The notes beneath the pieces are model-generated. The model had not been told where the DNA came from. It saw only the letters and a program-made list of their open reading frames with translations, and made no database searches. The position numbers and the translations under genes were made by a program. Shown here piece after piece: positions 49,239 through 59,952 of a stretch of DNA of 64,000 nucleotides. Each line of letters begins with the position of its first letter. Position 1 is the stretch's first letter. This DNA is from an uncultured Clostridia bacterium. Its GTDB lineage: Bacteria; Bacillota; Clostridia; Christensenellales; UBA1242. Location of the stretch: contig CAKVID010000006.1 of assembly GCA_934754355.1 (NCBI GenBank), forward strand, positions 2,004-66,003, read 5' to 3'.

Positions 49239-50495
49239 ATGGAAACATTATTTATAAATGGTGGAAGGCAACTGAACGGAAGTTTGGAAGTTGTTACCGC
49301 CAAAAATGCACTTTTGCCGATACTGGCTGGAAGCATTATTAATGAAGATAGTGTGATAATAAATAAAGTTGCCGAATTTTCTGATGTTTTATATATGATA
49401 AAAATCTTAGAAAGTTTGGGGAGTAAAACCAAACTTGAAGGGGATACTTTATATATAGACTCGTCTTCGGCAGATAAGTATGTGGTAAAAGATGAGTTTA
49501 CTAAGAAGGTTCGTTCAAGTGTCTTTATGTTGGGACCATTGCTTAGTAGATTTAAAAGAGCAAAAGTGTCGTATCCGGGTGGTTGTAATATTGGCAATCG
49601 ACCTATAAATTTACATATAAAAGGACTGCAAGGTCTAAATGTTAAGATAGAAGAAAAGCATGGATATATTATTTGCGATGGAAGAAATATGCGTGCTGGA
49701 GAAGTCCATCTAGACTTTCCTTCGGTTGGTGCTACCGAAAATTTGATGATGGCAAGTGTAAGACTATCTGGTGTTACAACCATTTACAATTGTGCAAGAG
49801 AACCAGAAATTGAAGATTTGCAAAATTTCTTGAATTCTATGGGTTGCAAAATTTCGGGAGCAGGAAGTAGTACTATTACAATTGTTGGTGTCAAGAATTT
49901 CAAGAAAACTACTTATACTCCAATCAAGGATAGAATTGTAGCGGGAACATATCTTATTGCTTGTGCAATGTGTGGCGGAAATATATTACTTAAAGGTTGT
50001 GAGAAGAAATATAATCAAGCACTTATTCAGAAATTAAAGGGTGCGGGTGCAGATATAATTGAGAAAGACAATAGTTTGCAAATAACCACTAAATCCAGGC
50101 TAAAAAGCATACCTTCAATTGAAACACAACCATATCCGGGATTTCCAACAGATTTGCAAAACCAAGTATTAACATTACAAACAATATCTAAAGGAACTAG
50201 TGTAATTGTAGAAAATTTATACGAGAGCAGATTTAAGATTTGCAATGAACTTTTTAAGATGGGTGCAGATATTACTCTTAAAGACCGTATGGCTATAATC
50301 AAAGGTGTAAATAAATTATACGGAGCAAATGTTGTTGCGTCAGATTTGCGAGGAGGGGCAGGTTTGGTTCTAGCGGGTTTGGTTGCAGAAGGGTATACAA
50401 CAATTGAAGATATTTACCATATAGATAGAGGTTACTTGTCTATAGAAGAAGATTTTTGTAAATTGAATGCGGAAATTAAGAGAAAAAAAGATTGA
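49239..50495 (+). CDS. murA: UDP-N-acetylglucosamine 1-carboxyvinyltransferase
   Basis: 418 aa with 'NGSLEV..AKNA.LPILA' and the active-site 'YPGGCNIGNRPINLH' (Cys). Confidence 0.95.
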   Translation: METLFINGGRQLNGSLEVVTAKNALLPILAGSIINEDSVIINKVAEFSDVLYMIKILESLGSKTKLEGDTLYIDSSSADKYVVKDEFTKKVRSSVFMLGPLLSRFKRAKVSYPGGCNIGNRPINLHIKGLQGLNVKIEEKHGYIICDGRNMRAGEVHLDFPSVGATENLMMASVRLSGVTTIYNCAREPEIEDLQNFLNSMGCKISGAGSSTITIVGVKNFKKTTYTPIKDRIVAGTYLIACAMCGGNILLKGCEKKYNQALIQKLKGAGADIIEKDNSLQITTKSRLKSIPSIETQPYPGFPTDLQNQVLTLQTISKGTSVIVENLYESRFKICNELFKMGADITLKDRMAIIKGVNKLYGANVVASDLRGGAGLVLAGLVAEGYTTIEDIYHIDRGYLSIEEDFCKLNAEIKRKKD

Positions 50496-50590
50496 TTGCT
50501 TTCAAATTTCTTGTAAATATTTTCTTTATTTGCTAAAATATGGATAATTCAATATAATATATTAAGACTTGAATTTGTAAAGTTAAAGGT

Positions 50591-51403
50591 ATGAAAAATA
50601 AAAAACTAATTGGATTTTTAATAGTTCTTATTTTCTTGACAGTACTGATAGTTATTAACAGTACACTTTTTACTTTGCAAAAAATAAGTGTTAATTGGCT
50701 AACAACCAAGTATAAATTGGAAACAATTAAAGATTATAAAATTGTTGATGGTATTGAGAAGGGGGAAAGTATCTTTCTTGTAAAAAAAGAAAGTATTGCT
50801 AATACTTTGGAAAAAAAATACCCATATTTAAGAGTTGTAAGTATTGAGACGAAATTTCCAAATAAATTGGTTATTCATAGTTCAGAAAGAGAAAGTTTAT
50901 ACGCAATCAAAATAACTGATGACGATTATGCTATTGTTGATGAATTAGGCAAAGTTTTGGAAAGATGTAATAGTTCGGTATTTGCTGGGTCTGAACTTGG
51001 TGCTAAGCCTATTAAAGTAATTTTAGATAATAATTTTGTTAATATTTTGCCTCAAGATTTGGAAGCGGGCAATATAATTAATAATGAATTTGTAGTTAAG
51101 GTCTTAACGCAAATATCTAAGTCTCTTAGAGAATCTAATTATATTCCAACTACTAGCAAAGGGGTATTTACATCTCTTGAAATAACAAATAAAGGCGAAG
51201 ATGTAGAATTATTCTTTAAAACTCGTAGTGGAATATCTATAGTAATCAAAAATGCAATGAAGTATACTACCGATATGTTGCTTCTAGGGCTAGAAAGATA
51301 TAATCACTTTCATCAAGAAGGTGTTGTTTCAGGTAGTGTTATAGTTGATTATAATAGTTCTCTTAAAAGCATTGTTGCTCGATATGAGCCAGAAAATTTG
51401 TAA
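50591..51403 (+). CDS. divIB: Cell-division protein DivIB/FtsQ (TM plus POTRA)
   Basis: N-terminal TM helix and POTRA-like 'LQKISVN...', located immediately upstream of ftsA. Confidence 0.7.
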   Translation: MKNKKLIGFLIVLIFLTVLIVINSTLFTLQKISVNWLTTKYKLETIKDYKIVDGIEKGESIFLVKKESIANTLEKKYPYLRVVSIETKFPNKLVIHSSERESLYAIKITDDDYAIVDELGKVLERCNSSVFAGSELGAKPIKVILDNNFVNILPQDLEAGNIINNEFVVKVLTQISKSLRESNYIPTTSKGVFTSLEITNKGEDVELFFKTRSGISIVIKNAMKYTTDMLLLGLERYNHFHQEGVVSGSVIVDYNSSLKSIVARYEPENL

Positions 51404-51584
51404 GATTGCCAAAGAATATAAAGATTTGGCAATCTTTTTTTATTTATTGTAATTATTTAGTTACAATAATCTTTTTTGCAAAATTAATCGAAAAGTTAAG
51501 TAAAGGATACAAAAAAATTTGACATATTTGTACTTTATTTATATACTTTAAATGTAATTATACTTTTGATAGGTTATACTTTTG

Positions 51585-52694
51585 ATGAAAGATATTGTAT
51601 CGGTAATGGACTTTGGTTCTTCTAGAATTACAGTTCTTACAGGAATGAAAGAAGTTAATAAAAGTTTTAAACTGCTATCTAGTGTGGATTTGGAGTATGA
51701 AGGCTTTGCAAATGGGGAATTTGTAGAACCAAATAATCTAAAAAGCCAGATTTCAAGCATTATAAATGATGTTGAGAAAGATTTGCAGAGTAAAATTGGT
51801 TTTTTATTTGTGGGAGTTCCTGCAGAGTTTTGTTTTTGTTATGAAAAAATACTTACTAAAACTTTTGCTAAAAACACCAGAATTACAAGTAGAATAATTG
51901 ATGAATTATTCTTAAATGATAATGAAGATAATCCTTATAAGACCCACACAGTAATTAATAAGTCTCCATTATATTATATCTTGAATGAAGATAATAGAAC
52001 TAATCACCCAGAAGGACAATTTGCCAATAAATTACAAGCAAAAACAAGTTATGTACTTGTCGAAAACAAATTCAAATTGCTAATCTCTGGAATATTGGAA
52101 GAGTGTGGTATTAAAAATTACGATTTCTTATCTAATTCTTTGGCAGAAGGAATATACTTGATAGATGAACACAAGAGATATGAGGGGGCAATACTAGTTG
52201 ATTGTGGATTTGTTACAACAAGTGTTTGTCAATTCTTGGGAGATGGCCTAGAAGAGATGAAGAGTTTTTCGATGGGTGGCGGATTTATAACCGCAGATTT
52301 ATCTAGAATACTAGAGATATCTTATGAAGAAGCCGAAGAATTGAAGAGCAAAGCAATTATTACTCTTAAACCACTTGGTGTGGATTTCTATGAATTGGAT
52401 AATGGCAAGAGATTTGGAGTAAAAAATGTAAATGATATAATCCTATGCAGACTAGATAAAATAATTGATATGGTCAAGACATGTTTGGGTGATTTTGAGG
52501 TACAATTACCTAATTATATACCTATTAATTTCACTGGTGGCGGTATTAATTATTTTGAAGGTATTAGCGATTATTTACGCAAAGAATTTGATAGACCTAT
52601 AGAATTAATAAAACCTAAAGCATTGCTTTATGCCAAACCAGATTTATCTAGTTCAATAAGTTTACTAAATATGGCAATTAACATATATAAATAA
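51585..52694 (+). CDS. ftsA: Cell-division protein FtsA (short form, about 369 aa)
   Basis: Actin-fold motifs '[12 protein letters not shown]', '[12 protein letters not shown]' and '[12 protein letters not shown]', adjacent to ftsZ. Confidence 0.85.
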   Translation: MKDIVSVMDFGSSRITVLTGMKEVNKSFKLLSSVDLEYEGFANGEFVEPNNLKSQISSIINDVEKDLQSKIGFLFVGVPAEFCFCYEKILTKTFAKNTRITSRIIDELFLNDNEDNPYKTHTVINKSPLYYILNEDNRTNHPEGQFANKLQAKTSYVLVENKFKLLISGILEECGIKNYDFLSNSLAEGIYLIDEHKRYEGAILVDCGFVTTSVCQFLGDGLEEMKSFSMGGGFITADLSRILEISYEEAEELKSKAIITLKPLGVDFYELDNGKRFGVKNVNDIILCRLDKIIDMVKTCLGDFEVQLPNYIPINFTGGGINYFEGISDYLRKEFDRPIELIKPKALLYAKPDLSSSISLLNMAINIYK

Positions 52695-52704
52695 GGAGAG
52701 ACAA

Positions 52705-53871
52705 ATGGAATTATTCAAAGATAATGAAATGCAAGAATTAGACGAAAATACACCTATTTGTAAAATTAAAGTAATTGGAATTGGTGGTGGCGGTAATAAC
52801 GCTGTAAATAGAATGATTTATGCTGATATTACTAGTGCTAGTTTCGTGGCTATTAATACAGATAAACAAGCATTGCTTATGTCAAAAGCGCCTAGTAGAT
52901 TGCAGATTGGAGAGAAATTAACTCGTGGACTTGGTGCAGGTGCAGACCCAGAAATAGGCAAGAAAGCGGCTGAAGAAAGTAGAGAATTAATAGAAGAAAT
53001 ACTTAAAGATACAGACCTTGTATTTGTAACTGCAGGTATGGGTGGTGGCACTGGAACTGGTGCTGCTCCAGTTGTTGCAAGCATTGCCAAAGAAATGGGA
53101 ATATTAACAATTGCAGTTGTAACCAAACCTTTCAGATTTGAAGGCAAGAAGAGAATGGAAAATGCTGAGAACGGCATTAAAGAACTAAAAAATGTTGTAG
53201 ATACTTTGGTTGTAATTCCAAATGATAAGTTACTAACAATAGTACCAAAAAATACACCTATTATTGAGGCTTTCAAGACGGCTGACGATGTATTGAGACA
53301 AGGTATTCAAGGTATTAGTGACTTGATTGTTACATCTAGTCTTATCAACCTGGACTTTGCTGATGTTAAGGCTATTATGAAGAATAAGGGTCTAGCACAC
53401 ATGGGCTTGGGTAGAGGCAAAGGCGAGAATAGAACTATTGAGGCTGTAAGACAAGCAGTATCTAGTCCATTACTTGAGACTACTATTGAGGGTGCTACTG
53501 GTATTATTCTTAATATTAAAGGCTCTCCAAACTTAACACTTGATGAAGTATATGAATCAGCAGATTTAGTAAAAGAAGTGGTTGACCCATCTTGTAATAT
53601 TATCTTTGGTAGTGGAATTGATCCAAAAATGGAAGATGAAGTTGAAATAACTGTAATTGCAACAGGATTTAGTGGTGGCACTGCTACAGACGAAATGAAA
53701 CAAGAAGTTAAGAGAAACATTGTTAATAACTATGCTGAAGAAGAACAAGAAACTAAAGCAGAACAAAATGTAAATTTGGAAGAACCAAAACAAAGTGCTC
53801 CAAGTAGTAGAGTAGAAGTTAATGATAGTGATATTCCATCATTTATAAAGAAATTAAAAAATAGATTTTAA
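52705..53871 (+). CDS. ftsZ: Cell-division GTPase FtsZ
   Basis: Motifs '[13 protein letters not shown]', '[13 protein letters not shown]' and 'NLDFADV', with a C-terminal conserved peptide 'DIPSFIKK'. Confidence 0.98.
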   Translation: MELFKDNEMQELDENTPICKIKVIGIGGGGNNAVNRMIYADITSASFVAINTDKQALLMSKAPSRLQIGEKLTRGLGAGADPEIGKKAAEESRELIEEILKDTDLVFVTAGMGGGTGTGAAPVVASIAKEMGILTIAVVTKPFRFEGKKRMENAENGIKELKNVVDTLVVIPNDKLLTIVPKNTPIIEAFKTADDVLRQGIQGISDLIVTSSLINLDFADVKAIMKNKGLAHMGLGRGKGENRTIEAVRQAVSSPLLETTIEGATGIILNIKGSPNLTLDEVYESADLVKEVVDPSCNIIFGSGIDPKMEDEVEITVIATGFSGGTATDEMKQEVKRNIVNNYAEEEQETKAEQNVNLEEPKQSAPSSRVEVNDSDIPSFIKKLKNRF

Positions 53872-54021
53872 TTAATCAAAAAAAGAATAAACAAAATTGG
53901 TGTTTATTCTTTTTTTTATGCCTAAAAAGTACAGTTTAAATACTTATGTAATTAAATCGATTTTGCTAAAATTGTAAGTGAAATATTAAACTATGTGAAA
54001 GGAATTTGGGAGGTGGCAATA

Positions 54022-54861
54022 GTGATATTATATATAGAATATGTAATTCTAGATAATATGGTTGTCAACTATTTATTGCTTAGTTTAATTGGAATTACAA
54101 CTAAATGTAAATTAAATAGATTTCGCAAATTGTTATCAAGTGCTATTGGAACATTATTTGCTATCTTTCTTCCTTACATACTCAAGATTAAATGGCTAAT
54201 TCTTTTATATAAATTACTATGTGCTCTGCTTATGGTTTTATTTATCAAGAAATATAAGACTATTAGAAATTATTTTTGGTGCTTGGGTTTGCTATTTTTC
54301 TATACCTTTCTCTTTGGCGGATTTCTAATAGCGACATTGAGTTTACTAGGTGTTGAATATAATATGACGGGAATTTTGCTTTATAATTTTGAAGTCCCAA
54401 TAAGTATGTTTTTGATATTACTATATGTAATCTATTTGATAACAAAGAAAACGATATTTGTATTTAGCAAACAACTAAAAGCAAATAATTTTATACGAGA
54501 AATAACATTGATAGACAATAATGAGAAAGTAGAAGGTGTGGGATATTTTGATAGTGGAAATATGATTTGTAAGAGTGGTCATGCGGTTAATATAATATCT
54601 AGTGAATTATTCTTCAGATTATATAGAGATTATCCAATAGATAAATTATTATTAAATAATATTGATAACAATATTTTGAAAGATGCTAGTTACATAGAGA
54701 TAAATTCGTTGTCTAAAGGGCAAAAATATTTGTCTTTTAGAATAGATAAACTTGTAATTGAAAGTACTGAGTACGACAATGTATATATGGCTGTTGCATT
54801 CAAAAAATTCGAAAACTTTGATTGTATATTAAATTCTAAATTTGTAGGTGGAAAATTATGA
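54022..54861 (+). CDS. spoIIGA: Sporulation sigma-E factor-processing peptidase
   Basis: It has 5 N-terminal TM helices and the aspartic-protease signature 'GYFDSGN'. It lies directly upstream of sigE. The GTG at 54022 follows GGGAGGTGG. Confidence 0.85.
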   Translation: MILYIEYVILDNMVVNYLLLSLIGITTKCKLNRFRKLLSSAIGTLFAIFLPYILKIKWLILLYKLLCALLMVLFIKKYKTIRNYFWCLGLLFFYTFLFGGFLIATLSLLGVEYNMTGILLYNFEVPISMFLILLYVIYLITKKTIFVFSKQLKANNFIREITLIDNNEKVEGVGYFDSGNMICKSGHAVNIISSELFFRLYRDYPIDKLLLNNIDNNILKDASYIEINSLSKGQKYLSFRIDKLVIESTEYDNVYMAVAFKKFENFDCILNSKFVGGKL

Positions 54862-55592
54862 TAAAATGTAATTCTAAGATTTATAAAATGATGACTATGC
54901 TAAAAAGTATTTGGCAAAAAGTATTTAGGTCTAGAGATGAAGTATTGCTATATTTGTGCAATGGTGAAAGTTTGCCAGATATACTTAGTGAAGATGAAGA
55001 AACAAAATATATAGAAATGCTAAGTACAGAAAATAGTGAGTATGCTAAGCAGAAATTAATAGAACATAATTTGAGGCTTGTTGTGTATGTTGCCAAGAAA
55101 TTTCCTAATAGTGATGTAGATGTAGAAGATTTAATTTCAATTGGAAGCTTGGGATTGATTAAGGCTATAAATTCTTACAAAAGTGACAAGAATATAAAGA
55201 TAGCAACTTATGCTAGCAAATGTATAGAAAATGAAATTCTTATGTATTTAAGAAAGATAAGTAAACAAAAGCAAGTTGTGTCTCTAGATGAACCACTAAA
55301 TGTAGATAGTGAAGGAAATCAATTGGTGTTATTTGATTTACTTCCTAGCGAAAGTGATTGTCCACAAGAAGATATGGAGAGAAATACAGAGAAACAAATT
55401 TTGTGGAAAGTAATAAATAAACTAGGTTCTAGAGAAAAAGAAATCATGGTACTGAGATTTGGACTTTCTGGAGGAGAAGAATTAACTCAGAAAGAAGTAG
55501 CAGATAATCTAGGAATTAGTCAAAGTTATATTAGTAGACTAGAAAAGAAGATTGTTGTGCGAATAAAAAAAGAAATGACCAAACTTGCATAA
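54858..55592 (+). CDS. sigE: RNA polymerase sporulation sigma factor E (pro-sigma-E)
   Basis: An N-terminal pro-sequence is followed by 'LPDILSEDEE', region 2 'NLRLVVYVAKKF...DLISIGSLGLIKAI..Y' and region 4 'QKEVADNLGISQSYISRLEK'. Confidence 0.92.
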   Translation: MIKCNSKIYKMMTMLKSIWQKVFRSRDEVLLYLCNGESLPDILSEDEETKYIEMLSTENSEYAKQKLIEHNLRLVVYVAKKFPNSDVDVEDLISIGSLGLIKAINSYKSDKNIKIATYASKCIENEILMYLRKISKQKQVVSLDEPLNVDSEGNQLVLFDLLPSESDCPQEDMERNTEKQILWKVINKLGSREKEIMVLRFGLSGGEELTQKEVADNLGISQSYISRLEKKIVVRIKKEMTKLA

Positions 55593-55666
55593 AACATAAT
55601 TAAACATATATAATTTGTCAAAAATAATATACTTATTGTCAGATAATGTCGAATATATAACAAAAT

Positions 55667-55696
55667 GTATAATTTTAAAAATAAATGTGCAAAATA
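55667..55696 (+). promoter_or_regulatory. Possible forespore-type (sigma-F/G) promoter of sigG
   Basis: GTATA (55667-55671), 18 nt, CAAAATA (55690-55696). This only partly matches the GnATA-N17/18-CATnnTA consensus. Confidence 0.3.
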
Positions 55697-55725
55697 TTCC
55701 TAATCGCAAGATTGGGAGTTTTTTT

Positions 55726-56499
55726 ATGAATAGTAACAAAGTTGTAATTACTGGCATAGATACTAATTCTTTGCCAAAGTTAAGCGGAAAAGAACAAATG
55801 GAATTGATGTTAAAAATAAAGCAAGGAGATAGTGATGCTAGAGAAAAATTTGCGATTGCAAATATGAGACTTGTGCTTAGTGTGCTTCAAAGATTTAGAG
55901 GTAGATGCAATTACACAGATGATTTATTTCAAGTTGGTTGTGTTGGACTTATGAAGGCTATAGATAATTTTGATATTTCTCAAAATGTTAAATTTTCCAC
56001 CTATGCAGTTCCAATGATAATAGGAGAGATAAAGAGGTTCTTAAGAGATAATAATAGTGTAAGGGTTAGTAGAAGCCTAAGAGATACAGCATACAAAGTT
56101 TTGAAAGCACGAGAAGAATTAATCAAAAATAATAGTGAAGAACCTGATGTAGATATGGTGGCAGATTTTCTGCAAATACCAGTATCAGAAGTTGCTATTG
56201 CATTGGAGGCAATAAGTGAACCAATGTCTTTGTGTGACCCTGTGTATAATGACGGAGAAGATACTATTTATTTGATGGATCAAGTAAGCGATAGCAAAGA
56301 TTGTGAAGAGAAGTGGATAGAGAACCTAAATCTGAAAGACGCATTGTTAAAATTAAATGAAAGGGAAAAAGAAATTGTAAGATTAAGATATTATATTGGC
56401 AAGACGCAAATGGAAGTTTCGGAAGAGATAGGAATATCTCAAGCACAAGTAAGTAGATTAGAGAAGAATGCAATAAAAGAAATTAAAAAAGCATTCTAA
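55726..56499 (+). CDS. sigG: RNA polymerase sporulation sigma factor G
   Basis: 'NKVVITGIDTNSLPKLSGKEQMEL' and 'DSDAREKFAIANMRLVLSVLQRFRGR..YTDDLFQVGCVGLMKAIDNFD' closely parallel B. subtilis SigG. The start is at the ATG at 55726. Confidence 0.92.
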   Translation: MNSNKVVITGIDTNSLPKLSGKEQMELMLKIKQGDSDAREKFAIANMRLVLSVLQRFRGRCNYTDDLFQVGCVGLMKAIDNFDISQNVKFSTYAVPMIIGEIKRFLRDNNSVRVSRSLRDTAYKVLKAREELIKNNSEEPDVDMVADFLQIPVSEVAIALEAISEPMSLCDPVYNDGEDTIYLMDQVSDSKDCEEKWIENLNLKDALLKLNEREKEIVRLRYYIGKTQMEVSEEIGISQAQVSRLEKNAIKEIKKAF

Positions 56500-56500
56500 T

Positions 56501-56540
56501 AAAAAAATCCTCTAATCATTAAAATTAGAGGATTACTAAA
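56501..56540. terminator. Bidirectional terminator between sigG and the convergent gene
   Basis: atcctctaat (56507-56516) pairs with attagaggat (56524-56533), preceded by an A-run. Confidence 0.7.
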
Positions 56541-56541
56541 A

Positions 56542-57093
56542 TTATTTTTTCTTAATGTCGACTATATAATTTATTTGTTTTTCGTCTCTTAAGAATGTAA
56601 TTATTTTATTTAAGTTTTCTATGTTTTCTTGAATTTTATTAATTATGTATGCTGAATTATTTCCAATTTTGATGTAAATAAAATTATCTGTCTCAACAAT
56701 TGAATAAATCATGTCGTATGAATAAGTACATTCTTCAATTCCCATAGGAGAAGTAACTAGTACTTTGTAATTGTTCTTGTTGAATTGGAAAGTGAAAACA
56801 GGATTGGTTGCAATAAATTTATTGGAGTGATAAGCCTTGCTTGCTGCGTTAGTTAAAATTCTATCGATTAAAACTAAGAATAATATTCCAATAACCAGTA
56901 GCGATACAATAAAAGCGATGTCAATTATTAAGTCATCTATTACGAGAGGCTCAAAGAGACAGGAAACAGCGTCTGATACAGCTAGAATTATGAAGATAAT
57001 TCCTATTGCTCTGTAAATTGCTTTTATTTTCTTCTGTGAATATAAAAAGTATTTCAAGAAATTATCGTAAGTCATTTGGGTTGAAATTTCCAT
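56542..57093 (-). CDS. YcxB-like membrane protein
   Basis: Two central TM helices are followed by a 'Y.I....F.YI......AYII.K' C-terminal region as in YcxB-family proteins. The start is at 57093, behind AGGAG. Confidence 0.55.
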   Translation of the reverse strand: MEISTQMTYDNFLKYFLYSQKKIKAIYRAIGIIFIILAVSDAVSCLFEPLVIDDLIIDIAFIVSLLVIGILFLVLIDRILTNAASKAYHSNKFIATNPVFTFQFNKNNYKVLVTSPMGIEECTYSYDMIYSIVETDNFIYIKIGNNSAYIINKIQENIENLNKIITFLRDEKQINYIVDIKKK

Positions 57094-57386
57094 ATAAACT
57101 CCTAAATGTTTTATTTTTGATATAAAGTCCAAACAAGGTTATCCGTTAAAACCTTGATTGAATTGATGATTATATTATTATTCTATTAGCAATCATATTT
57201 TAGGTAAATATATAGTGCTCTGCATAAATAATATAGCATATAATATACATCATATTTTTATTATACAATTACTTGAAAGAAAAGTGAAACTTATTTAATA
57301 GAAAAATGTAATATTTATTAAATATTAGTTTAAAAAAATTTATTGCGAAAAATTAAAAACTTTTTATAAAAAATTGCAAAAAGCAG

Positions 57387-57415
57387 TTGACAAAAAAAAA
57401 TTATTAACATATAAT
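57387..57415 (+). promoter_or_regulatory. Consensus sigma-A promoter for the tRNA gene
   Basis: TTGACA (57387-57392), 17 nt, TATAAT (57410-57415). Confidence 0.7.
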
Positions 57416-57426
57416 AGTCGTGTTAT

Positions 57427-57501
57427 TCCTCAATAGCTCAATGGTGGAGCAACCGGCTGTTAACCGGTAGGTTGTAGGTTCGAGCCCTACTTGAGGAGCC
57501 A
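57427..57501 (+). tRNA. tRNA-Asn (GTT), CCA encoded
   Basis: The acceptor is TCCTCAA/TTGAGGA and the D-arm is AGCTCAATGGTGGAGC. The anticodon stem ACCGG/CCGGT carries the loop CTGTTAA. The T-arm is GTAGGTTCGAGCCCTAC. The discriminator is G, followed by CCA. Confidence 0.95.
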
Positions 57502-57515
57502 AAACCACAATATAT

Positions 57516-57551
57516 AGTGTTTAGAAGTTACTTCTAGACACTATTTTTTTT
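57516..57551 (+). terminator. Rho-independent terminator after tRNA-Asn
   Basis: A 12-bp stem agtgtttagaag/cttctagacact followed by a T-run. Confidence 0.8.
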
Positions 57552-57710
57552 ATAAATCATTTTTAAATAATTTTTTCTTGTGTCAAAAATTGTGTCAGAA
57601 AATAAAAAAAGATAAAGTTAATTACAAGATTATTAAATCTTCTGTTGCTTTATCTTTTTTTATTTTATTGTATTCGTCAATATTAATACAGTAATTTATT
57701 TTTTATAATC

Positions 57711-58052
57711 CTAACCTTGTGAGCCGGTTGGTCCTTGCGGTATTGTTAGATTTAATACAAAGTTGGGTGCGTTTCCTGTTATACTTGCGGCTGCTTGTGT
57801 TCCGGGATCTCCAGTTGTTACTGTTCCAATTGTGATAACTGGAGTCTCGCCGTCAACACCATCTTCTCCTGCTGGACCGATAGGTCCGGTTGGTCCCGTC
57901 GGCCCTGTAGGACCAGTTGCACCTGTAGGTCCGGTAGGGCCTGTTGCTCCACGCTGGCGTCTTGCCAATATATTGGCGAGTGTATTCTCATCTATATTAA
58001 TTTGTTGTCCTCTGCCATTACAACCACAACGATTATTCCAATACAATATCAT
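57711..58052 (-). CDS. Collagen-like triple-helix repeat protein (BclA-like small exosporium/surface protein candidate)
   Basis: About 15 uninterrupted G-X-Y triplets ([34 protein letters not shown]). RBS GGAGG lies 5 nt before the ATG at 58052. The N-terminus is [15 protein letters not shown]. The region is locally GC-rich. Confidence 0.8.
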   Translation of the reverse strand: MILYWNNRCGCNGRGQQINIDENTLANILARRQRGATGPTGPTGATGPTGPTGPTGPIGPAGEDGVDGETPVITIGTVTTGDPGTQAAASITGNAPNFVLNLTIPQGPTGSQG

Positions 58053-58234
58053 TTGTGCCTCCAATACATTTTAGTATTATTACATTCTATTCATTTAATA
58101 TTTTATTTGTTAAATAAAATAATTGTGATAGTTGGAAGTATAGAGTGTTGAGTATTTTATATGCTCACAATAAATGTTTTATTTGACAAAAATCGACATA
58201 TATTGTATTATAATTAAGTATACGGAGATAAGTT

Positions 58235-58573
58235 ATGAAATCTAGCAAATGCACTTCGTGTGGTGCAAATATTGAAATTGATACAACAAAGAAAAATTTT
58301 ACTTGTCCTTATTGTGGAACTCATTTTATAAATGATGATAAAGATAGTAAAAATGAAGAAAAAAATGATGCAGAAGTAATGAGTAGCAAAGTACGAGAGC
58401 AATTTGATTATAGCGATGGGGAATATCCGGAGTATGTGCATGGTACAAGGCCTACCGTTAATATAATTTTTGCTGTAATACTTGCTTGTTTCTATTTCTT
58501 TCCTGCAATAATTTATGTTTTGGCGGTGCTTGCTAGACAACATGTATGGGACGAATATCACAAAAGAAAATAA
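58235..58573 (+). CDS. Zinc-ribbon membrane protein (112 aa)
   Basis: An N-terminal CxxC...CxxC ribbon (CTSCG...CPYCG) is followed by a charged linker and a C-terminal TM helix. RBS GGAGA. Confidence 0.65.
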   Translation: MKSSKCTSCGANIEIDTTKKNFTCPYCGTHFINDDKDSKNEEKNDAEVMSSKVREQFDYSDGEYPEYVHGTRPTVNIIFAVILACFYFFPAIIYVLAVLARQHVWDEYHKRK

Positions 58574-58621
58574 TTATTTGGAATTTTGTACAAAATATAT
58601 TAGATGAAAAAGGGAAATAAA

Positions 58622-59050
58622 ATGATAGTACTAGCCTATGACCATGGAGCATATGAAATGTTCCAAAAGATTAAACTATATTTAAAGAAAAATAATCTGG
58701 ATTATATTGAATTTGCCAGCAAAGAATACGATGCTCTAGATAATTTCTCGTCTTTTGCAAAAAGTGCAAATAATGAAGTTATCAAGGGAAATATTGGAAT
58801 TTATGGCTGTAGGTCGGGGATTGGTATGAGTATGGCTAGCAATAGAAAGAAAGGCATTAGAGGAGCGCTATGTATTCAGCCAATATTTGCTGAAATGTCT
58901 AGAAAACATAACGATGCTAATGTGTGTATACTTCCTTGCGACTATATTTGTTACAAGAGAGCAATTAGAATAATAAATACATTTCTAAATACTCAATTCT
59001 TGGGTGGTAAATACCAAAAAAGAGTAGAAGAATTGGACGAAATAGAATAA
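58622..59050 (+). CDS. rpiB: RpiB/LacA/LacB-family sugar-phosphate isomerase (ribose-5-phosphate isomerase B-like)
   Basis: Motifs 'IVLAYDHGAYEM', 'GIYGCRSGIGMSMASNRKKGIRGALC' and 'HNDANVCILP'. The start at 58622 follows AAAGGGA. Confidence 0.85.
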   Translation: MIVLAYDHGAYEMFQKIKLYLKKNNLDYIEFASKEYDALDNFSSFAKSANNEVIKGNIGIYGCRSGIGMSMASNRKKGIRGALCIQPIFAEMSRKHNDANVCILPCDYICYKRAIRIINTFLNTQFLGGKYQKRVEELDEIE

Positions 59051-59117
59051 ACAAAAATACAATTTCATATATTCTTAATAACTTTAATGGTTTGTAAATT
59101 GGACGGTTAAAAAGAAT

Positions 59118-59798
59118 ATGTTGAAATTGTTTTTTTTATTAGTGGCTGTTATCTGTATGTCTTCTTGCCAAAATAAGTACGAAAATTTGCTTGAAAACAA
59201 TACATCGGAGATTAGGCAATATTTGTTTGAAGGCAAAAGTGAAAATATTTCTGCTAGTTTGATTATTGGTATGCGAGAAAAAAATTATATTGTCAATGGA
59301 TACTCTGGAGAGTTAATAGAGTTTGGAGTACTATCTTTTGATGTCTCTAAATGTGATAAAATAGATAGTGGCGCAAGTAACTTTATTTTGTTTGTTGGTA
59401 CAGATAAATTTGAAGGGAGTTTGCAAGAAAATCCATTTGACAAAACCCTAGTTGCAGATATTAAAAAAATTATAGATTGTAATAAAAAAGTGATTGCAAG
59501 AATTATATCCAAAGATTACGAACAAGATATTGAATTAAAATGTGTAAATTCCAAATGGAAAGTAAATGCTGATGATGTGTACAAAATAGTTGCTAAAAAA
59601 TTGAAAAAAGAAATTTCTGCATTTGTAATCAAAAATAATTTTGAAGGAGAAGTGTATATCAAGATTATTAATGATGCGGATATAAATGTGGGAGATTATT
59701 ATTGGTTTGTAAACATTGTTGGAAGGGGTGGTAGTAGACTATCGGCAATAATTTCTCCTAATAATAGTGAAATTTTAGCAATTAATAATTATACTTAA
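59118..59798 (+). CDS. Lipoprotein of unknown function
   Basis: Signal peptide with the lipobox 'CMSSC'. 226 aa. Confidence 0.6.
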   Translation: MLKLFFLLVAVICMSSCQNKYENLLENNTSEIRQYLFEGKSENISASLIIGMREKNYIVNGYSGELIEFGVLSFDVSKCDKIDSGASNFILFVGTDKFEGSLQENPFDKTLVADIKKIIDCNKKVIARIISKDYEQDIELKCVNSKWKVNADDVYKIVAKKLKKEISAFVIKNNFEGEVYIKIINDADINVGDYYWFVNIVGRGGSRLSAIISPNNSEILAINNYT

Positions 59799-59872
59799 GA
59801 ATATCTAAATTTAGCGGAAAATTGAACTTTGCATAATAGTTATGCATAGTACATATTTTATAAAAATAGGTA

Positions 59873-59902
59873 TTGACAATTTGCCCTTATATGTGGTATA
59901 AT
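59873..59902 (+). promoter_or_regulatory. Strong sigma-A promoter (extended -10) for the micro-ORF
   Basis: TTGACA (59873-59878), 18 nt, TATAAT (59897-59902), preceded by TGg. Confidence 0.65.
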
Positions 59903-59952
59903 ATATGTGTTATGGGTTTGAAAGATAAATTCAAACGAGGGGGATAAATATT

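Noticed and set aside
57763-58151. Plus-strand ORFs (103 aa and 118 aa) over the collagen-like gene
   Set aside because: They are a mirror image of the GXY repeat, because Pro/Gly-rich codons read antisense keep frames open. Only the minus-strand frame has a GGAGG RBS and a regular Gly-X-Y periodicity.
57427-58230. Considered tRNA-Asn as an island integration site for the collagen-like gene
   Set aside because: I found no duplicate of the tRNA 3' end downstream and no integrase. Only the local GC-richness of the collagen repeats stands out, and Gly/Pro codons explain that.
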